A stretch of 64,000 bases of DNA, taken from assembly GCA_965217895.1 (NCBI GenBank), contig CBDCJV010000002.1, forward strand, positions 2,528,001 through 2,592,000, written 5' to 3'. The position numbers and the translations under genes were made by a program. This DNA comes from Waterburya sp. (GTDB taxonomy: Bacteria > Cyanobacteriota > Cyanobacteriia > Cyanobacteriales > Xenococcaceae). This document shows positions 27,691 through 40,517 of this stretch, in pieces. Position 1 is the first letter of the stretch, and each line of letters opens with the position of its first letter. The notes below the pieces were generated by a model that saw only the letters and a program-made list of their open reading frames with translations, was not told the DNA's origin and did not search any database.

Positions 27691-30611
27691 TTAAACTTCT
27701 AATTCCACCTGTACGAATGTTTCAAGCTGTTGTTCCATTGCAGCTAGACGAGATATTTCTGACCAGGAGGTAACTAAACTATTATAAGAAATTGCATCTT
27801 GTGTCCAGCCCTGGCGATCGCAAATTATGTACAAGCGATAAGCCAAATCTCGGCATATTTCCCCTTTATCTCCCAGTTGAGCCAGGAGTTTAGCTGCGCC
27901 AGTTTCCCCTTGTTTATCAAGGGTTTGAATTAGATGTTGGGTTGCTTCCCAGTCGGGAGTGCGGTTATCTTTGGCTGGATTCCAAGTTTCGGGTAGTTCT
28001 TCTCGTTTGAGCAGTCTGACTTTACCGTTTTTAGCTAGCAAAATCCCTGCTTCTTCTAAACCTTTGATGCTGGTGTTTTTAGCTTTAGAAAGAGTTTCCG
28101 CATCACCATATTGTCCCGCTTCAAATTGATATTGTTCAAACCAAGTCAAAGCCCAACGGGTATCAGGGTCAAATTCTCCTTCCTGTTCGTTGAGGAATTC
28201 ATCGATATAGGAGTTAATTATCTGTAAGGCGGTACGGACGCGCATGGGATTACCATCAGCTTCTAATACCTTGCTGTAGCGGGAGAATATAGACATTCCC
28301 AAACCGATACTGGCTTGAGCTAAATCTACAGGGGCGATATTTCCTTGTTGTAGGGTTGCTAAGTCAACGGGAAATTCTTTTTGTAATTGTTTGAGAAATT
28401 GGCGACGGGTAGCAGAGGGAGCATCGTCTGGGCGAGGACGACAGACAAGGGCAATAGAGGAAGCGAGTGCATTTGCACCACTGCCAACCATACGATTGCT
28501 TAATTCTGTTCGCATTGGTAGTGTACCAGTAATAGAAAAACCAGCTTTCATCAATCCTTCGAGCATAGTTTCCCAACCAGTTGAAGCAGTGGTTGAATCT
28601 CCGTTTTTGCCATTGGTTTCTGTTTCTGTTTGTTTGAAAGCGTAATAGATCGTTAGAGGATACTTGTTACTTGCCATCTTACGCATTCTTTGGAAAGCTT
28701 TGTTTAATCCCGACTCAAAAAATTCTTTGGCTTTTTTCTTACTTCCTCCGAAACGATATGGAGTAGCTACTAACTCTGGCTCTTTAGGTAAAAGAAGAGT
28801 GCTAAAAAGCTCGGGATAAATTGAAATTAGGGAACGACGCAGCCAAACATAAAAAAAATCAGATAAATCGGCATAGCCAATGTTATCGTAATAGGGTGGG
28901 TCTGTTGAGACAACGATTGATTCTTGATAAATTTCGGAAGTAGTTGCATCAATCTGTTTAACGATTCCATTAGTATTACAAGTAGCTTGTTCAACTACCT
29001 TTACTACCCAATCTAAAGCACCAAAAAATTTCCTGTAGAGTCGCTTAGTGGATTTGCTTCGACGTAATCCCAAGTCATAGGAATAGCTTGACGAGCGAAA
29101 GTGTTACGGGTGCTGTCTCTACTAACATCCCATGAACAAATAGTAGAATTTCTGTCTGATAGTCTATCCATAGCAAACGCCAAGTAAGTTGCTATGGCAT
29201 CAGCATAAGCTTTTATTCCAGCTTCGTCTTCATTTAAAGATAGATTATCAATTTTAATTCCGATGCCAATAGCATTTTTTAAAATAATTTCTCTGATTTC
29301 ACCTACCAAATCACAAAAAGTATTTAAAGCAACAAGCTGACGATGAGTAAAAAGTTTATCAAACGTATTAATTCCATAAATAGGCGTATTAAAGTTACGT
29401 GGATTACTTGGTAATTCTGCTTCTGGTTTCCATTCTGGTTTTGCAGATACAGCAATCTTTTCGTGTTTATTGTTGGGAGATAAATAAATTCTTCTTCTAT
29501 CTCCTTCACCTACAATTGCCATCAATTGAGCATCCATCCGTCCTGCTGTTCCTTCACTGCGTATATAGTTGAGATTTGAAGGGGTAGCACAAGCGAGACA
29601 AATAGCACCCTTGCGACTCACTGTTCCCTCTAACGGTTTACCTTCACCATTTCTTACTTCAAACTTAATTAATGGAGGACTTTGACTGTTATCAATCATT
29701 GGCTCTACCCAAGCCTCTTTACCTTTTTTAGCCGATAGCTGAAATGACTTAACCAATGGCGTTTGACAACCACAAGCAGGATTGGGACATTTAACCGTTC
29801 GCGCCCACAATCAAGCAATTACAGTTGCTTCACCACCACCATGTTTCTCGGGTAACTCAACCTTGGGATAAAGATGACCGATACGTTTTTGAGCTTTATC
29901 TCGCATCCACTTACCGTAGTAGCGCACATCTTCCGCTAGTCCCTGCGCTCCTCGCCATTGGTTAATGTCTTTGGTTTTTCTTGCTTCTGGATTGATTGGA
30001 GGTTTATCTTTAAATTTAGGCGGAATTTCTATCAAAGCCTTGGTAATCAATACCGCAACAGGGTTTAGATCGCTGCCATGAGCTTCAATACCTAGTCTTT
30101 GAGCTTCCAAAGGGATCGAACCCCCACCACAGAAAGGATCGTAAACTGGTGGAGCATATTCTTGAAGATATTTTCTGACTGCTTCTGGTTCGGTAGGTGG
30201 TTCGTGGTTATTTTCCCAAGCTAAACAACGAGCAATCTCTTTTTGTGCTGCTTCAATGATGGGCGAGATGCCCCTTTCATCGGTTTTAATATCGTCCCAG
30301 GAAACCAAACCTCTTACTACTTGCTTGGACTTTCCCCGTTTTTCTTCTATCTCAATTTTGCCGATCAAATCATGTAATCGCTGCCTTTCTACTTGTTGTT
30401 CCTCTTCGGTGGGGAATTTATCTGGATGTGCGGAAGGATCGTCTACTAATGAAGCAAATAATACCGCCCGACAAGCTGCTAGAGGTCGTCTTGCCCACCA
30501 CAAATGTAGCGTAGAAGGATGCCCGTGCCTAATCGATTTTTCCCTAGCTGACTCTTGGTTTATTGCCTCAAGAGGCATGGAAACTTCGATTAGCTTTTTG
30601 CGGTAAGACAT
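27691..30611 (-). pseudogene. DUF1156 adenine DNA methyltransferase, broken
   Basis: KKLIEV...HPSTLHLWWARRPLAACRA; DPFCGGGSIPLEA; CPNPAC zinc ribbon; STDPPYYDNI; TGA at 29811-29813 in place of Trp and a -1 frameshift in a T-run near 29025. Confidence 0.9.
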
Positions 30612-30870
30612 AAAGTTGGCAGATAGAACAACCAACTATTATTGCTGCTGGGTTGAGCTATTCGCTTCAGTAATTCTCAAGACAATTATGGCTCTCGGTA
30701 AATATTGTTAAATAAATTTAGCTACTACGTTTATAAAACTTCTCTATCAAATCTTTATAGTTATTAAGTATAACTTAGGTATAAAATAAATATAAATTCG
30801 CCGATTCACCCCAAGGCTGAATAAGCAGTTTATAATGCGGAAGACTCTTCTGCATCTTGGAAGGTAAACG

Positions 30871-31170
30871 GTGAGGTTTGAATTTAAGAAAAACAAAATA
30901 AAACTACTTTATACAGAGGAAAAAAATGCTCACAAATATCCTGGGGTTGTAGATGACTTTTTTGAAGTCATGGCAATTATTGCAGCAGCCGAAAGCGAAC
31001 AAGATTTATACGCTAATAAAGGTCTGAGATTTGAAAAACTCTCAGGTAAACGAGGCAAAAAGAATCAAAGGTCGTTACGCCTAAATAAGCAATGGCGTTT
31101 AATTGTGGTACTCGAAAAAGATGAATCAGGCAAATATATCCTAATCGTCGATATTGAGGACTATCACTAA
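30871..31170 (+). CDS. higB: HigB/RelE-family toxin
   Basis: LRFEKLSG...SLRLNKQWRLI...IEDYH. Confidence 0.88.
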   Translation: MRFEFKKNKIKLLYTEEKNAHKYPGVVDDFFEVMAIIAAAESEQDLYANKGLRFEKLSGKRGKKNQRSLRLNKQWRLIVVLEKDESGKYILIVDIEDYH

Positions 31171-31192
31171 ATAAAGAGAGAGGAAGGCAAGG

Positions 31193-32275
31193 ATGAGCAA
31201 CACTTTAACACCAGCAAGAGCAGTATCACCAGGGCGTATCTTACAAAGAGAACTAGATGCGCGGGGCTGGACTCAAAAAGATTTAGCTGAAATTACCAAA
31301 CGTCCACCACAAACAATCAACGAAATTATTAAAGGAACAAAACAAATTACTCCTGAGACAGCTAGAGAATTATCGTGCGCGTTGGGAACTACTGCGGAAT
31401 TTTGGATTAATTTAGAAACTAATTATCGTTTAAATCTGGCAAAAAAAAAGCAGAAAGAGTCGGAAATTGAGCGTCGGAGTCGTTTGTATACTCTTGCGCC
31501 AATTCTTGAATTGAGCAAACGCGGATGGATTAAATCTACAGAATCTTTAGATGAATTAGAGCAATCTGTCTGTGAATTTTTAGGTATTAACTCACCTCAA
31601 GAAACTCCTCAATTCTCCGTTAATTTCCGTCACAGTCCAATTTTTGAACCAGAACATAGTGCCAAAATTGCCTGGTGTAAAAGAGTCGAACAAGTAGTCA
31701 GCAAGCAAACTTTGGGAGAATTTCAGCTAGACAGGCTAAAGGTAGCAATTCCCGATCTTCTTCGCTATACAAAAAAAGAAGAGGATGTAGCTCATGTTCC
31801 TCAAATGTTAATCGATTTGGGTGTTCATTTTGCGCTCGTTCCCCATCTGAATAAAACATATTTAGATGGTGCTGCTTTTTATTTGGGAAACCACCCAGTA
31901 ATCGCTCTTACCCTAAGACACAATAGAATCGATTGCTTTTGGTTTAGTCTAATGCACGAACTCGGTCATATAGTTGCTGGACATCAAGGAGTCTACTTAG
32001 ATAACCTTGATGAACTAGAAACGAATTCAGAAGAACAAGAAGCAAACCAACTAGCTCGTGATTGGCTAGTGAACGAACAGGCTTTAAATTCTTTTGTAGC
32101 TCAAACCAAGCCAAAATTTTCCAAAAAAGCAGTAACTAATTTTGCTCAATCACAAAATAGGCATCCAGGTATTATTCTCGGTCGTCTTCAGCATGAGGGT
32201 TTAGTTCCATATCAAAACTTACGGATATTGCTTAATAAAGTTAAACCGTTTTTGTCTGAGTGGATTTATGATTGA
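31193..32275 (+). CDS. higA: HigA-like XRE antitoxin fused to an ImmA/IrrE-type metallopeptidase domain
   Basis: PGRILQRELDARGWTQKDLA...FWINLE; FWFSLMHELGH (HExxH); EQEAN. Confidence 0.88.
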   Translation: MSNTLTPARAVSPGRILQRELDARGWTQKDLAEITKRPPQTINEIIKGTKQITPETARELSCALGTTAEFWINLETNYRLNLAKKKQKESEIERRSRLYTLAPILELSKRGWIKSTESLDELEQSVCEFLGINSPQETPQFSVNFRHSPIFEPEHSAKIAWCKRVEQVVSKQTLGEFQLDRLKVAIPDLLRYTKKEEDVAHVPQMLIDLGVHFALVPHLNKTYLDGAAFYLGNHPVIALTLRHNRIDCFWFSLMHELGHIVAGHQGVYLDNLDELETNSEEQEANQLARDWLVNEQALNSFVAQTKPKFSKKAVTNFAQSQNRHPGIILGRLQHEGLVPYQNLRILLNKVKPFLSEWIYD

Positions 32276-32347
32276 GCTTACTTTACCCAATAAATAATTT
32301 GGAAATTCACTTGAGATAATTCATCATTCAGCAAACAAGCTCAATTA

Positions 32348-34693
32348 TTAGGAAGGTTTTTGACTTCGTTCTTTTAATTCTTTCAAATTATAATTAACGC
32401 TCGTCACGCCAAAATCAGGCTCTTTTTGAAATGGTTGTCGGAGATAATAAACGTTGGAATTATCTCCTTCAGTTAATTCTTCAGAAGTCGGAACTTCCAC
32501 CACTGCCAAAATATAGTTATCTGGTTTATTCAAAGCAGTAATAATTTCATTATTGGTAACTGTAACTGTCTCTGCACCTTCAATTCTGCCTTTTACCTCA
32601 ATAAACCTTAACGCTCCTGTTTCGGGAATACGCGACTCAACATCGTAACCACATTTAAAGCTGCTGACATCTTTTGGTTCATAACCTAGTTTTTTCTCTA
32701 CTGCCATTACTGCATTCATAGCAAACATTTCTACCCGTTTGGTTTCTCTAGCAAACATCTGAGCTTTGGCTTCGCTTTTGCCCTGTAATTTCTGTAGCAA
32801 GCCCATTGGTATAACTAATGCCCCTCCTACTACTACAGGTGGTAGGGGAGATAAGCGTCTTTCTTGCTGTAGTTCGTCGATACGTCGGGCTAATCTAGCC
32901 TGTAGTTCATCTGCTCTAACTCTAGCTTTAGCCGAGTTGATTTTAGCGTTGGGTTTTCCCGCTTCTTCCTGATACTTGAGTTCGGCTGCACGATAATCCC
33001 AATAGTTGATTTCCTTGGTCAGTCTGTCTTTAACTGCTACTAGGGTTTTATTAATTAGTTCTTCTTTGTGCTGCTTGACCTCTTGCAGATGTTGGGGAAC
33101 TATCTGGGAAATGGCATATTTGGTTGCTTCGGCTTCAATATCCGTCGGTAAATTAGATTCTTCTAAGAAGGTTTTTATAACTGTTTGTTCGTCTTCAAGT
33201 AAAGGTCGATAGTCGAGATAGGGAGCATAACCAGCATTGCGGATGGTTGTTTGTTTATCGTCAGTCGAGGACTTTAAATCGTCCAAGATAATCTCTACAT
33301 ACTGCATTCGGCGAGAAACAATCCTTCGTTTCCCCGATAGATCGGTTTTAGCATCTTGAATTGAATGCTGGAGCGTAACTAAGATTCTTACTTCTTCGCT
33401 ATAGTCATTTTCATCTATTAAAATACTTCCACGCTTTAGCACATCTCGATGACGCTCTAAAACTAGATCGATGGTAGCATCCAGTAAAGGATGACCAGGA
33501 CAAACAAAAGCAGCTAAGGGCTTACCTGGAACACTAATTAATTCCTTGTCAAAACAAATACGTTCGTAGCGGGTTAAAATTGGCTCTCTAGTACCAATTT
33601 GACGACCGCGATTGCGAATCAAGGCAGGAACATTACTGATTTGATAGCGTTTGGGTTCTCGTTGACGAATTACTCCTCCTAGATGTTGGAAGGCTTCAAT
33701 AAAGAATGAGCCGATAAAATGGGGTTGCAGCTTTCTAGCTTCGGCTCGTTCCATTTCTTCGCGAATGCGCTGAATCTTGGTAATATCCATCGCATTTCGT
33801 GCTAGCACTTTTTCGGAAAGTAAGTCTTGTAACCTTTCTCGATTTAAACGGTTAGAAACTATTTGTTCTAGTTTGGCTCTAGTTTCTGGTAAATCTCCAT
33901 AGCGAATGGCTTCAATTAATAGTTGTCGTAACTCCACACCATCAATCGCTTGACCTAGAACATCAAACACTTTACCTCCCAATGCTTTTTGTTCTACTTC
34001 TAGTTTCTTGAGTAGCTTGAGATATACGTCCCCTTCCCTAGTTTCTGCTGCCAATAAATTCCAGAGGTGACAGACTTCGGTTTGTCCGATACGGTGAATC
34101 CGTCCAAACCTTTGCTCTAGGCGGTTGGGATTCCAGGGTAGGTCATAATTAACCATTAGATGCGCCCGTTGTAGGTTAATTCCTTCCCCCGCAGCATCGG
34201 TGGCAATTAACACCTGAATGTCTGGGTCTTGAGTAAAGGCTTTTTGTGCTTTACGCCGTTCTTCTCTCCCCGAACCGCCACTGATGGTAACTACTGTTTC
34301 TTGTTTGCCGATCAGATTGCGAATGCGATCGGCTAAATAGTTGAGGGTATCCCGATGTTCGGTAAAGATAACCAGTTTGCGCCGATGTCCTCTAACATCA
34401 AATAGTTCGGCTTCATTTTGCAGGATGCGACTGAGTTCTTCCCACTTGCGATCCGTACCACTGAGCTTAACCTGAAGAGCTATTTTCTCCAGCTTTTGTA
34501 GTAAATCTATTTCTACCTTAAGTTCGGCTATGGTTCGCGCAGCAGTGGCTTGGTCAACTAATTCTTCCTCAGTAGTTTCTCGTTCATCATTGAATAGGTC
34601 ATCTTCAAAGTCCTCCCAGTCTTCTTCTTTAACTCCTGGTAAGTTTTGCCAGTTTAACTCTACTTCCTGTCCTCGTTTAACTAATTCTTCTAG
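32348..34693 (-). pseudogene. SNF2-family helicase with C-terminal DUF3883-type nuclease domain, N-terminal half missing
   Basis: Frame stays open upstream of the listed ORF to about 34693 (LEELVKRG...KLVIFTEHRDT); ATDAAGEGINLQ, NYDLPWNPNRLEQRFGRIHRIGQ; GYDVES...FIEVKG; no Walker A/B part. Confidence 0.88.
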
Positions 34694-35152
34694 CTAAGGC
34701 TGCTTCAATCCTCAAATGCAACTTAGCCACTAGCGTTCTTAAATATCCTGGTTTTGATGCCTTATCTTTAGTTTTATCAATCTTACGAGCGATTGCTTTC
34801 TCTATTGGACTTAGTTCAGACTGATTCATTGCGCGGTTTTTTATTTAGACAATCTATTCATTGTGCCAAATATTTAGCCAGTAAAGCAATTTATTTGAAC
34901 GAAAAAGATTCACTTTCAGTGGAAAAGATTAATTAGAGCATAGCTAGCTGTATACTCATTAAAATTCCACACCTGATGCACCCTTGGTGAGAATAAAATA
35001 AATACAAGCTATTTTTCAAATAAACATAGAAGAGGTATTTTTAGATATTTTGAACATCAACAATAAGATATGTTAACTTGCTTTTTAATAACAGTTATTT
35101 AAGCTCAAAAATGCCAACATAAAATAATAAAAAACAAGCAAAATAATTCAAG

Positions 35153-38100
35153 ATGGTTTGCTCGATTGGTAGACTCTACGCCAAGGTAAACGACTATTTT
35201 CAAGACAATTACTACACTCAAAACCAAGGATTAACCAATAGTCAATGGTATGGACAAGGAGCAGCAATACTCGGTCTTGATAGTCAAGTTGCCACAGAAG
35301 AATATAACAACGCCTATCAGGGACTAGATAGCCAAGGAAATTCTTTACGTCAAAGACAGTCGGGAAAAAAATATAATCCAGGCAGAGATATCACTTTATC
35401 TGCTCCTAAATCAGTAACTCTACTCGGTCTAGTAAAAGAAGATAGAGCAGTAATTAATGCTCATCAACAAGCAGTAAAAACCACTCTTTCTTATGTAGAG
35501 CAGAATTGTATTTTTACCAGAACGGGAAAAGGAGGAGTCAATCATATTCAGACCGACAACGCTTTATTTGCTGTCTTCCAACACGACGATAATCGCAACC
35601 TAGATCCTCAACTCCATAGCCATTGCGTGATTTTTAACCAGACACAAGGCGCAGATGGCAAATGGCGAGCGATGGATAACCGCCAGCTTTACCAGCAGAA
35701 GATGACGATTGGGATGGTTTATCATCATGAGCTTGGTAGAAGACTACAAACTCTAGGATACGGACTGGACTGGAATCGCGATGGCACGTTTGATGTCAGG
35801 GGATACAGCCAATTACAGTTAAAAGAATTTAGTACTCGCCAACAAGAAATAGAACAAGCAGTAGGGCATGAAGCTAATGCAGTAGCTAAGGCTAAAGCTT
35901 GTACCAAGACTCGCCAAGATAAAGTACACCAAGCTGCTGAAGAAAGAGAGGAGCTAAGGCAAATATGGCAGCAGAGATCTGAGTCAATAGGTATCAGCCA
36001 TCCCCAACCCAATTATCAATACAAACATAATCTAAAAGACCAAAGGGAGTTACTAAAAGAAGCTACCGAAGTGGTTGCAGAAAAACAGGTAGCTTTTCCC
36101 AGACATATACTCCTCAAAGAGTCACTAAGACAATCTCAAGGAAAATTTAGTCTGGAAGACTTAGAAAAAGAAATTAACCAAAGTAGGAGCTTAATCCAAG
36201 CCCAGGATGGAAGACTAACAACCCAAGCTGCCATCAACCGAGAAAAACAAACGATCGATCTGGCTATAAGTGGGAAAGATAAATATCTTCCCCTGGCAAG
36301 TTATGAAGCTGCTCATCAGCAAGCCCAGGAGTTAGGACTAAATAAAGCTCAGGCAAATGCTCTGACTCATTTTGTGAATAATCGCGATGGGGTAATACTT
36401 TGTCAGGGAGATGCGGGAGTTGGTAAAACTTACACTGTTAAAGCTTTAAAAGAAACTATCTCTTCTAATACTAAGATGCGTGGTTTAGCCCCTAGTGCTG
36501 CTGCTGCGGGGGAACTAAAAAAAGGCGCAAACATTAACTGTCAAACCCTTGATGCCTATCTAAACATTCCCCTTAAATCTCTACCTCAAAACGAATTAAT
36601 TGTAGTGGATGAAGCGGGGATGATTAGCAGCAGTCAAATGCAAAGTTTATTAAAAAAAGCTCAACAAACCAACTCCCGTATATTGCTAATCGGCGATACA
36701 AAACAGCTTGCTGCGGTACAGGCAGGCTCACCATTTAAATTACTACAAGAGCAAACCAATCTAACCACAGTTGAAATCGATCTCAACGTTAGACAGCAAA
36801 ATTTTCAGCTCAAAGAAGTTGTAGATTTATTGTCGGCAGGAAAAATAAAACAGGGGTATCAAAAGCTTAACGAGCAAGGAGGCGTTACTTAACGTGAGTT
36901 CGGGATAAGAGAAGGGACAGGTAGTAAGCTGAAAATAACGACAAATTCAGTAAACCTGCCCTATGTTCAGTTTAGAAGAATTATTTTGTTCTGTTGACGA
37001 TTTTTGCTCTAATTTTGAGCTTGGCTGGAAGCAGCAGCTATTGACACAGGGAAAACGTCGTCTTCGTAATCGCCGATTAAGTTTGAGTGAAATTATGGCG
37101 GTGGGGGACGCTGCTTCGTAAGCAGCTTGTCCAACCACCGCGTTGACTATAGAAATAGCATTTCATTTGTCTGCCTACAAAACTTTCAAGACATTTTACC
37201 TAGAAATTGTTAGCTTCTATTGGCGCGAGGCTTTCCCAAACTTAGTCAGTTATAACCGTTTTGTCGAATGGCAACCAAGCACTCTAATTCCTTTAATGGC
37301 ATATCTTCGCTCCCGTTTAGGAGCAAGTACGGGAATCGGATTTATTGATTCAACGAGTCTAAAAGTCTGTCACAATCGACGTATTAAACAGCATCGAGTT
37401 TTTCAAGCAATCGCTGAAAGAGGAAAAACATCCGTAGATTGGTTTTATGGTTTCAAACTTCATTTGGCAATCAATCACAAAGGAGAATTATTAAATGTAG
37501 CTTTAACAAAAGGAAATATTGACGACCGTAAACCTGTTAAAGAATTACTTCAAGGGCAGTTTGGTCAGTTTTTTGGCGACAAAGGTTACATTTCTGCACC
37601 TTTAGCGCGCGACCTGAGAGCTTCTAACGTCATACTAGTGACTAAATTCAAGAAGAATATGAACAATCGATTGATGACGATGCTGGACAAACAACTATTA
37701 CGAAAAAGAGCAATCGTTGAATCTGTGATTGAACAGTTAAAGCATATCAGCCAGATCGAACACTCTCGTCATCGTTCACCTACTAACTTTGTCGTTAATT
37801 TGCTGGCTGGCTTAGTTGCAAGCTCGCCATCGCTCTAAAAAACCGTCTATTGCCATTGATGACTTCGTTTTATCTGCTTCTGCTTAACCCGAACTCACGT
37901 TAAACAGATGCCTATCGATAGTTTAAGACTAAAAGCAGTGGTCAATGACTACTTAGCAAGGGATAAAAAAACTCAAACACAAACGTTGATTCTCGCTGGC
38001 ACAAACAAAGAAAAAGATGCCATTACCAAGCAGGTACGTCAAGGACTAGTCGAGCAAGAAAAGCTAAGTCAAGAATCTCGACAGATAGATATTCTCAAAG

Positions 38101-38490
38101 CCAAAGATTTAGATAAATTCAGCCTTACCCAAGCTAGTAGCTACGAGGTAGGAGATGTAATTAAATTTGGTTACACTACAGCCAAATTTAAAAAGGATAT
38201 TTACTACCGAGTTGATGCAGTAAATAATAATACAAAAACCCTAACTCTTAGAGATAACCTTGGCAATAAACAGGGTCTAAAGCTCAACTCCTACAAAGAG
38301 CGAACAGTATTTCAATCTCAAGATTTAGAACTGCGTCTAGGAGAACAAATGAAGTTCACTCGCAACCATTATCACAATCAGCAAAAACAAACCAACGCTC
38401 AACAGTTTAGTGTATTGGGCTTCAACACTAATGGACAAATAAAAATACAAACCAAAGGAAAAACTCAAACAGTTAACCCCGATGCCCTTA
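35153..38490 (+). pseudogene. MobF (TrwC-like) relaxase-helicase, interrupted by IS982 and 3'-truncated
   Basis: DNYY, DITLSAPKSV, HDDNRNLDPQLHSH, GDAGVGKT, VVDEAGM, IGDTKQL; resumes at 37903-38490. Confidence 0.9.
36892..37900 (+). mobile_element. IS982-family element with disrupted transposase
   Basis: TIRs ACGTGAGTTCGGG / CCCGAACTCACGT; MFSLEELFCSVDDFC from 36963; IDSTSL, WFYGFKLH, GDKGYIS; palindromic insert near 37098-37143. Confidence 0.92.
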
Positions 38491-39198
38491 ACTTCTGTAC
38501 TATCCACTGTCTCAAACTACTGTCAGTTTTACTCTTGTCTAATTCAGCCTCAGAATAAGGCACTAAGTTTTTATGACTGGGGAAGGAGTAATAGTCCTCG
38601 GTGGATCTTTGTCACCTTGAGAGAAGATGAGTCTGAACTATTAAAACCTCTCCACAGTTTGATTTTTGAGTTGATGCTTAAAGGTTTGCTATCAAATGAA
38701 AATCGAACTATCAAGACAGCAATTATTATCGATGAATTAGGGGCGTTAAATCAGTTGCCCAGTTTACATCGTCTACTTAGTGAAAGTCGTAAGTACTTGG
38801 GCTGTCCTATTCTCGGAACTCAAACCGAAGCACAGATTACGAAGGCTTATGGCGCAGAGGATACGCGCATTATTTTGCAGGGGACGAAGACTAAGTTGAT
38901 CCTAAACTGTACTGATCCCCAGACGGCGGAAACAATGGCGAAGATTATCGGCAGACAAGAGTTTATTCACACGAGCGAAAATTATAGTCGCTCTCATCAT
39001 TCTGGTAGGAGTGGAAATGGCAGAACGATTACGAGGAACGAACAATTAAGAGAAAGTTATGCTGTGATGCCCGATGAGTTGGCTAATTTGCCTGACCTTG
39101 AAGGCTATCTAAAGATTGCTGAATATTGCGCTCCTGTTAGATTAAAAAGAAGAAATTTTGCTGTTAGTACTCAAAGATTTATTTCCTTACAGGGTTAA
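38482..39198 (+). pseudogene. C-terminal fragment of a type IV coupling protein (TraD/TrwB-like)
   Basis: IIIDELGAL, SESRKY, LGTQTEAQI...YG, DPQTAE, VMPDELANLPDLEGY; Walker A and TM region missing. Confidence 0.85.
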
Positions 39199-39520
39199 TC
39201 TACAAATCATCGAAAACAAAGTATTCAAGAACAGTGGAAGGATTTGGAGGAATAAAGAGTTGCCAGCCGTCGGGCTGCGATGGCTCGATCGTAGAATGTT
39301 TAAGATCTTGAAGATCTCTTCGCACGCCCGATTCGCTTTGCCGACTGACTCAAATACTTAATCTCCGTAATGTTCTTCAAAAAGCGATCGCTCAAATTTA
39401 AATTTTTGATTTATTTCGTCTTGCCGAGCAAATCCTCAAAAATCTGCTGAAGAAACAAGCGATGCCTAACGGCTAGCTTCGCAATCGCACCAATAGAGAA
39501 CAAGCTTAATTTTTCTGGTC

Positions 39521-40069
39521 TTACCAGATACCAAATTTACCTTTTTTAGCGATTGTTTCAGCCCAGACTAAATGTTCGGGTTCGCGACAGCGAGAAGCTT
39601 CTTTGATATTCCGACGGGCTTCACCTCTTTCGATCAGCTAGGTGTTGAGATGAATTTCTTGCCCTACTAATTCATTGGGTTTATTAGATACGTGCTTTAC
39701 TAGTTCCACATCGTATCCTGGCTTGAGTGACACCCAAGCTTCATAGCTATTCTTTATTTGTTCGAGTTCTACCGTACCATCTCCCAATCCAATTACAGAC
39801 GTTAGATACTGTTTTGTTACGTTCTCTATAGGTGCAACACCACATAGATTAACGTTTTTAGTTTCATTGTGACTCGTCACAATAAGGCTAGAATCGCTAT
39901 CAATAGTAGTTACTTTCCAGGGAGTCAGATCGATAGTTCTATCTTTAAATTTGAGCCAGTTATCCAAACCAATGATGATTGTAGCTGCGACTATTGAGAA
40001 TATAATTATGGGTTTCTTGAATCTCAAGTAGAACAAGAATAATTTAGCTTGAAGAGTTGATTTTTTCAT
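39521..40069 (-). pseudogene. Membrane-anchored thermonuclease (SNase)-like gene with an internal stop
   Basis: N-terminal TM; VNLCGV; after TAG at 39638-39640 the frame continues LIERGEA...AETIAKKGKFGIW* to 39521. Confidence 0.6.
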
Positions 40070-40307
40070 GGGGTCAAAGATTGGGCAACCTCAAACATCG
40101 CGTCCTTCCCAGTATTCCCAATCCTTAAACGGAATCATCTACCCAACCACAGCTAAGACAATCATAGTGAATAATGCGATCGCTTCGATTAAATCTATGT
40201 CTGCATTGAGGACAAACACCAGTAAAAAAAGAATGATTATCTAATATTTCTGTTTGTTCTGACTGGCTATAACGAGAAGGGCGATCGGTAATCAGTTCGT
40301 TACCATA

Positions 40308-40517
40308 TCAAGAATATCCTTGAGGACTCCATTGCTTCTGTACTTCGGCATTAGGGTGTGGTCTAAAGTCCGAACATTTATCAGTCTCCACACCATCTGG
40401 ATGAACGGCACAGACTAAGTGAGGATTGTGAGCATAAAGAGTACAGCGATCGCATTCGGGAATTTTTGACATAGTATTTTTATCCATAGTTGAGTAGAAG
40501 CGACCGATTTCAATCAT
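40308..40517 (-). CDS. Small Cys/His-rich protein (DUF6464-like)
   Basis: CDRC...CAVHPDG...CSDF. Confidence 0.55.
   Translation of the reverse strand: MIEIGRFYSTMDKNTMSKIPECDRCTLYAHNPHLVCAVHPDGVETDKCSDFRPHPNAEVQKQWSPQGYS

Noticed and set aside
34677..34829. 50-aa minus-strand ORF divergent from the relaxase
   Set aside because: Runs into the helicase truncation point and may be chimeric; no motif to support a call
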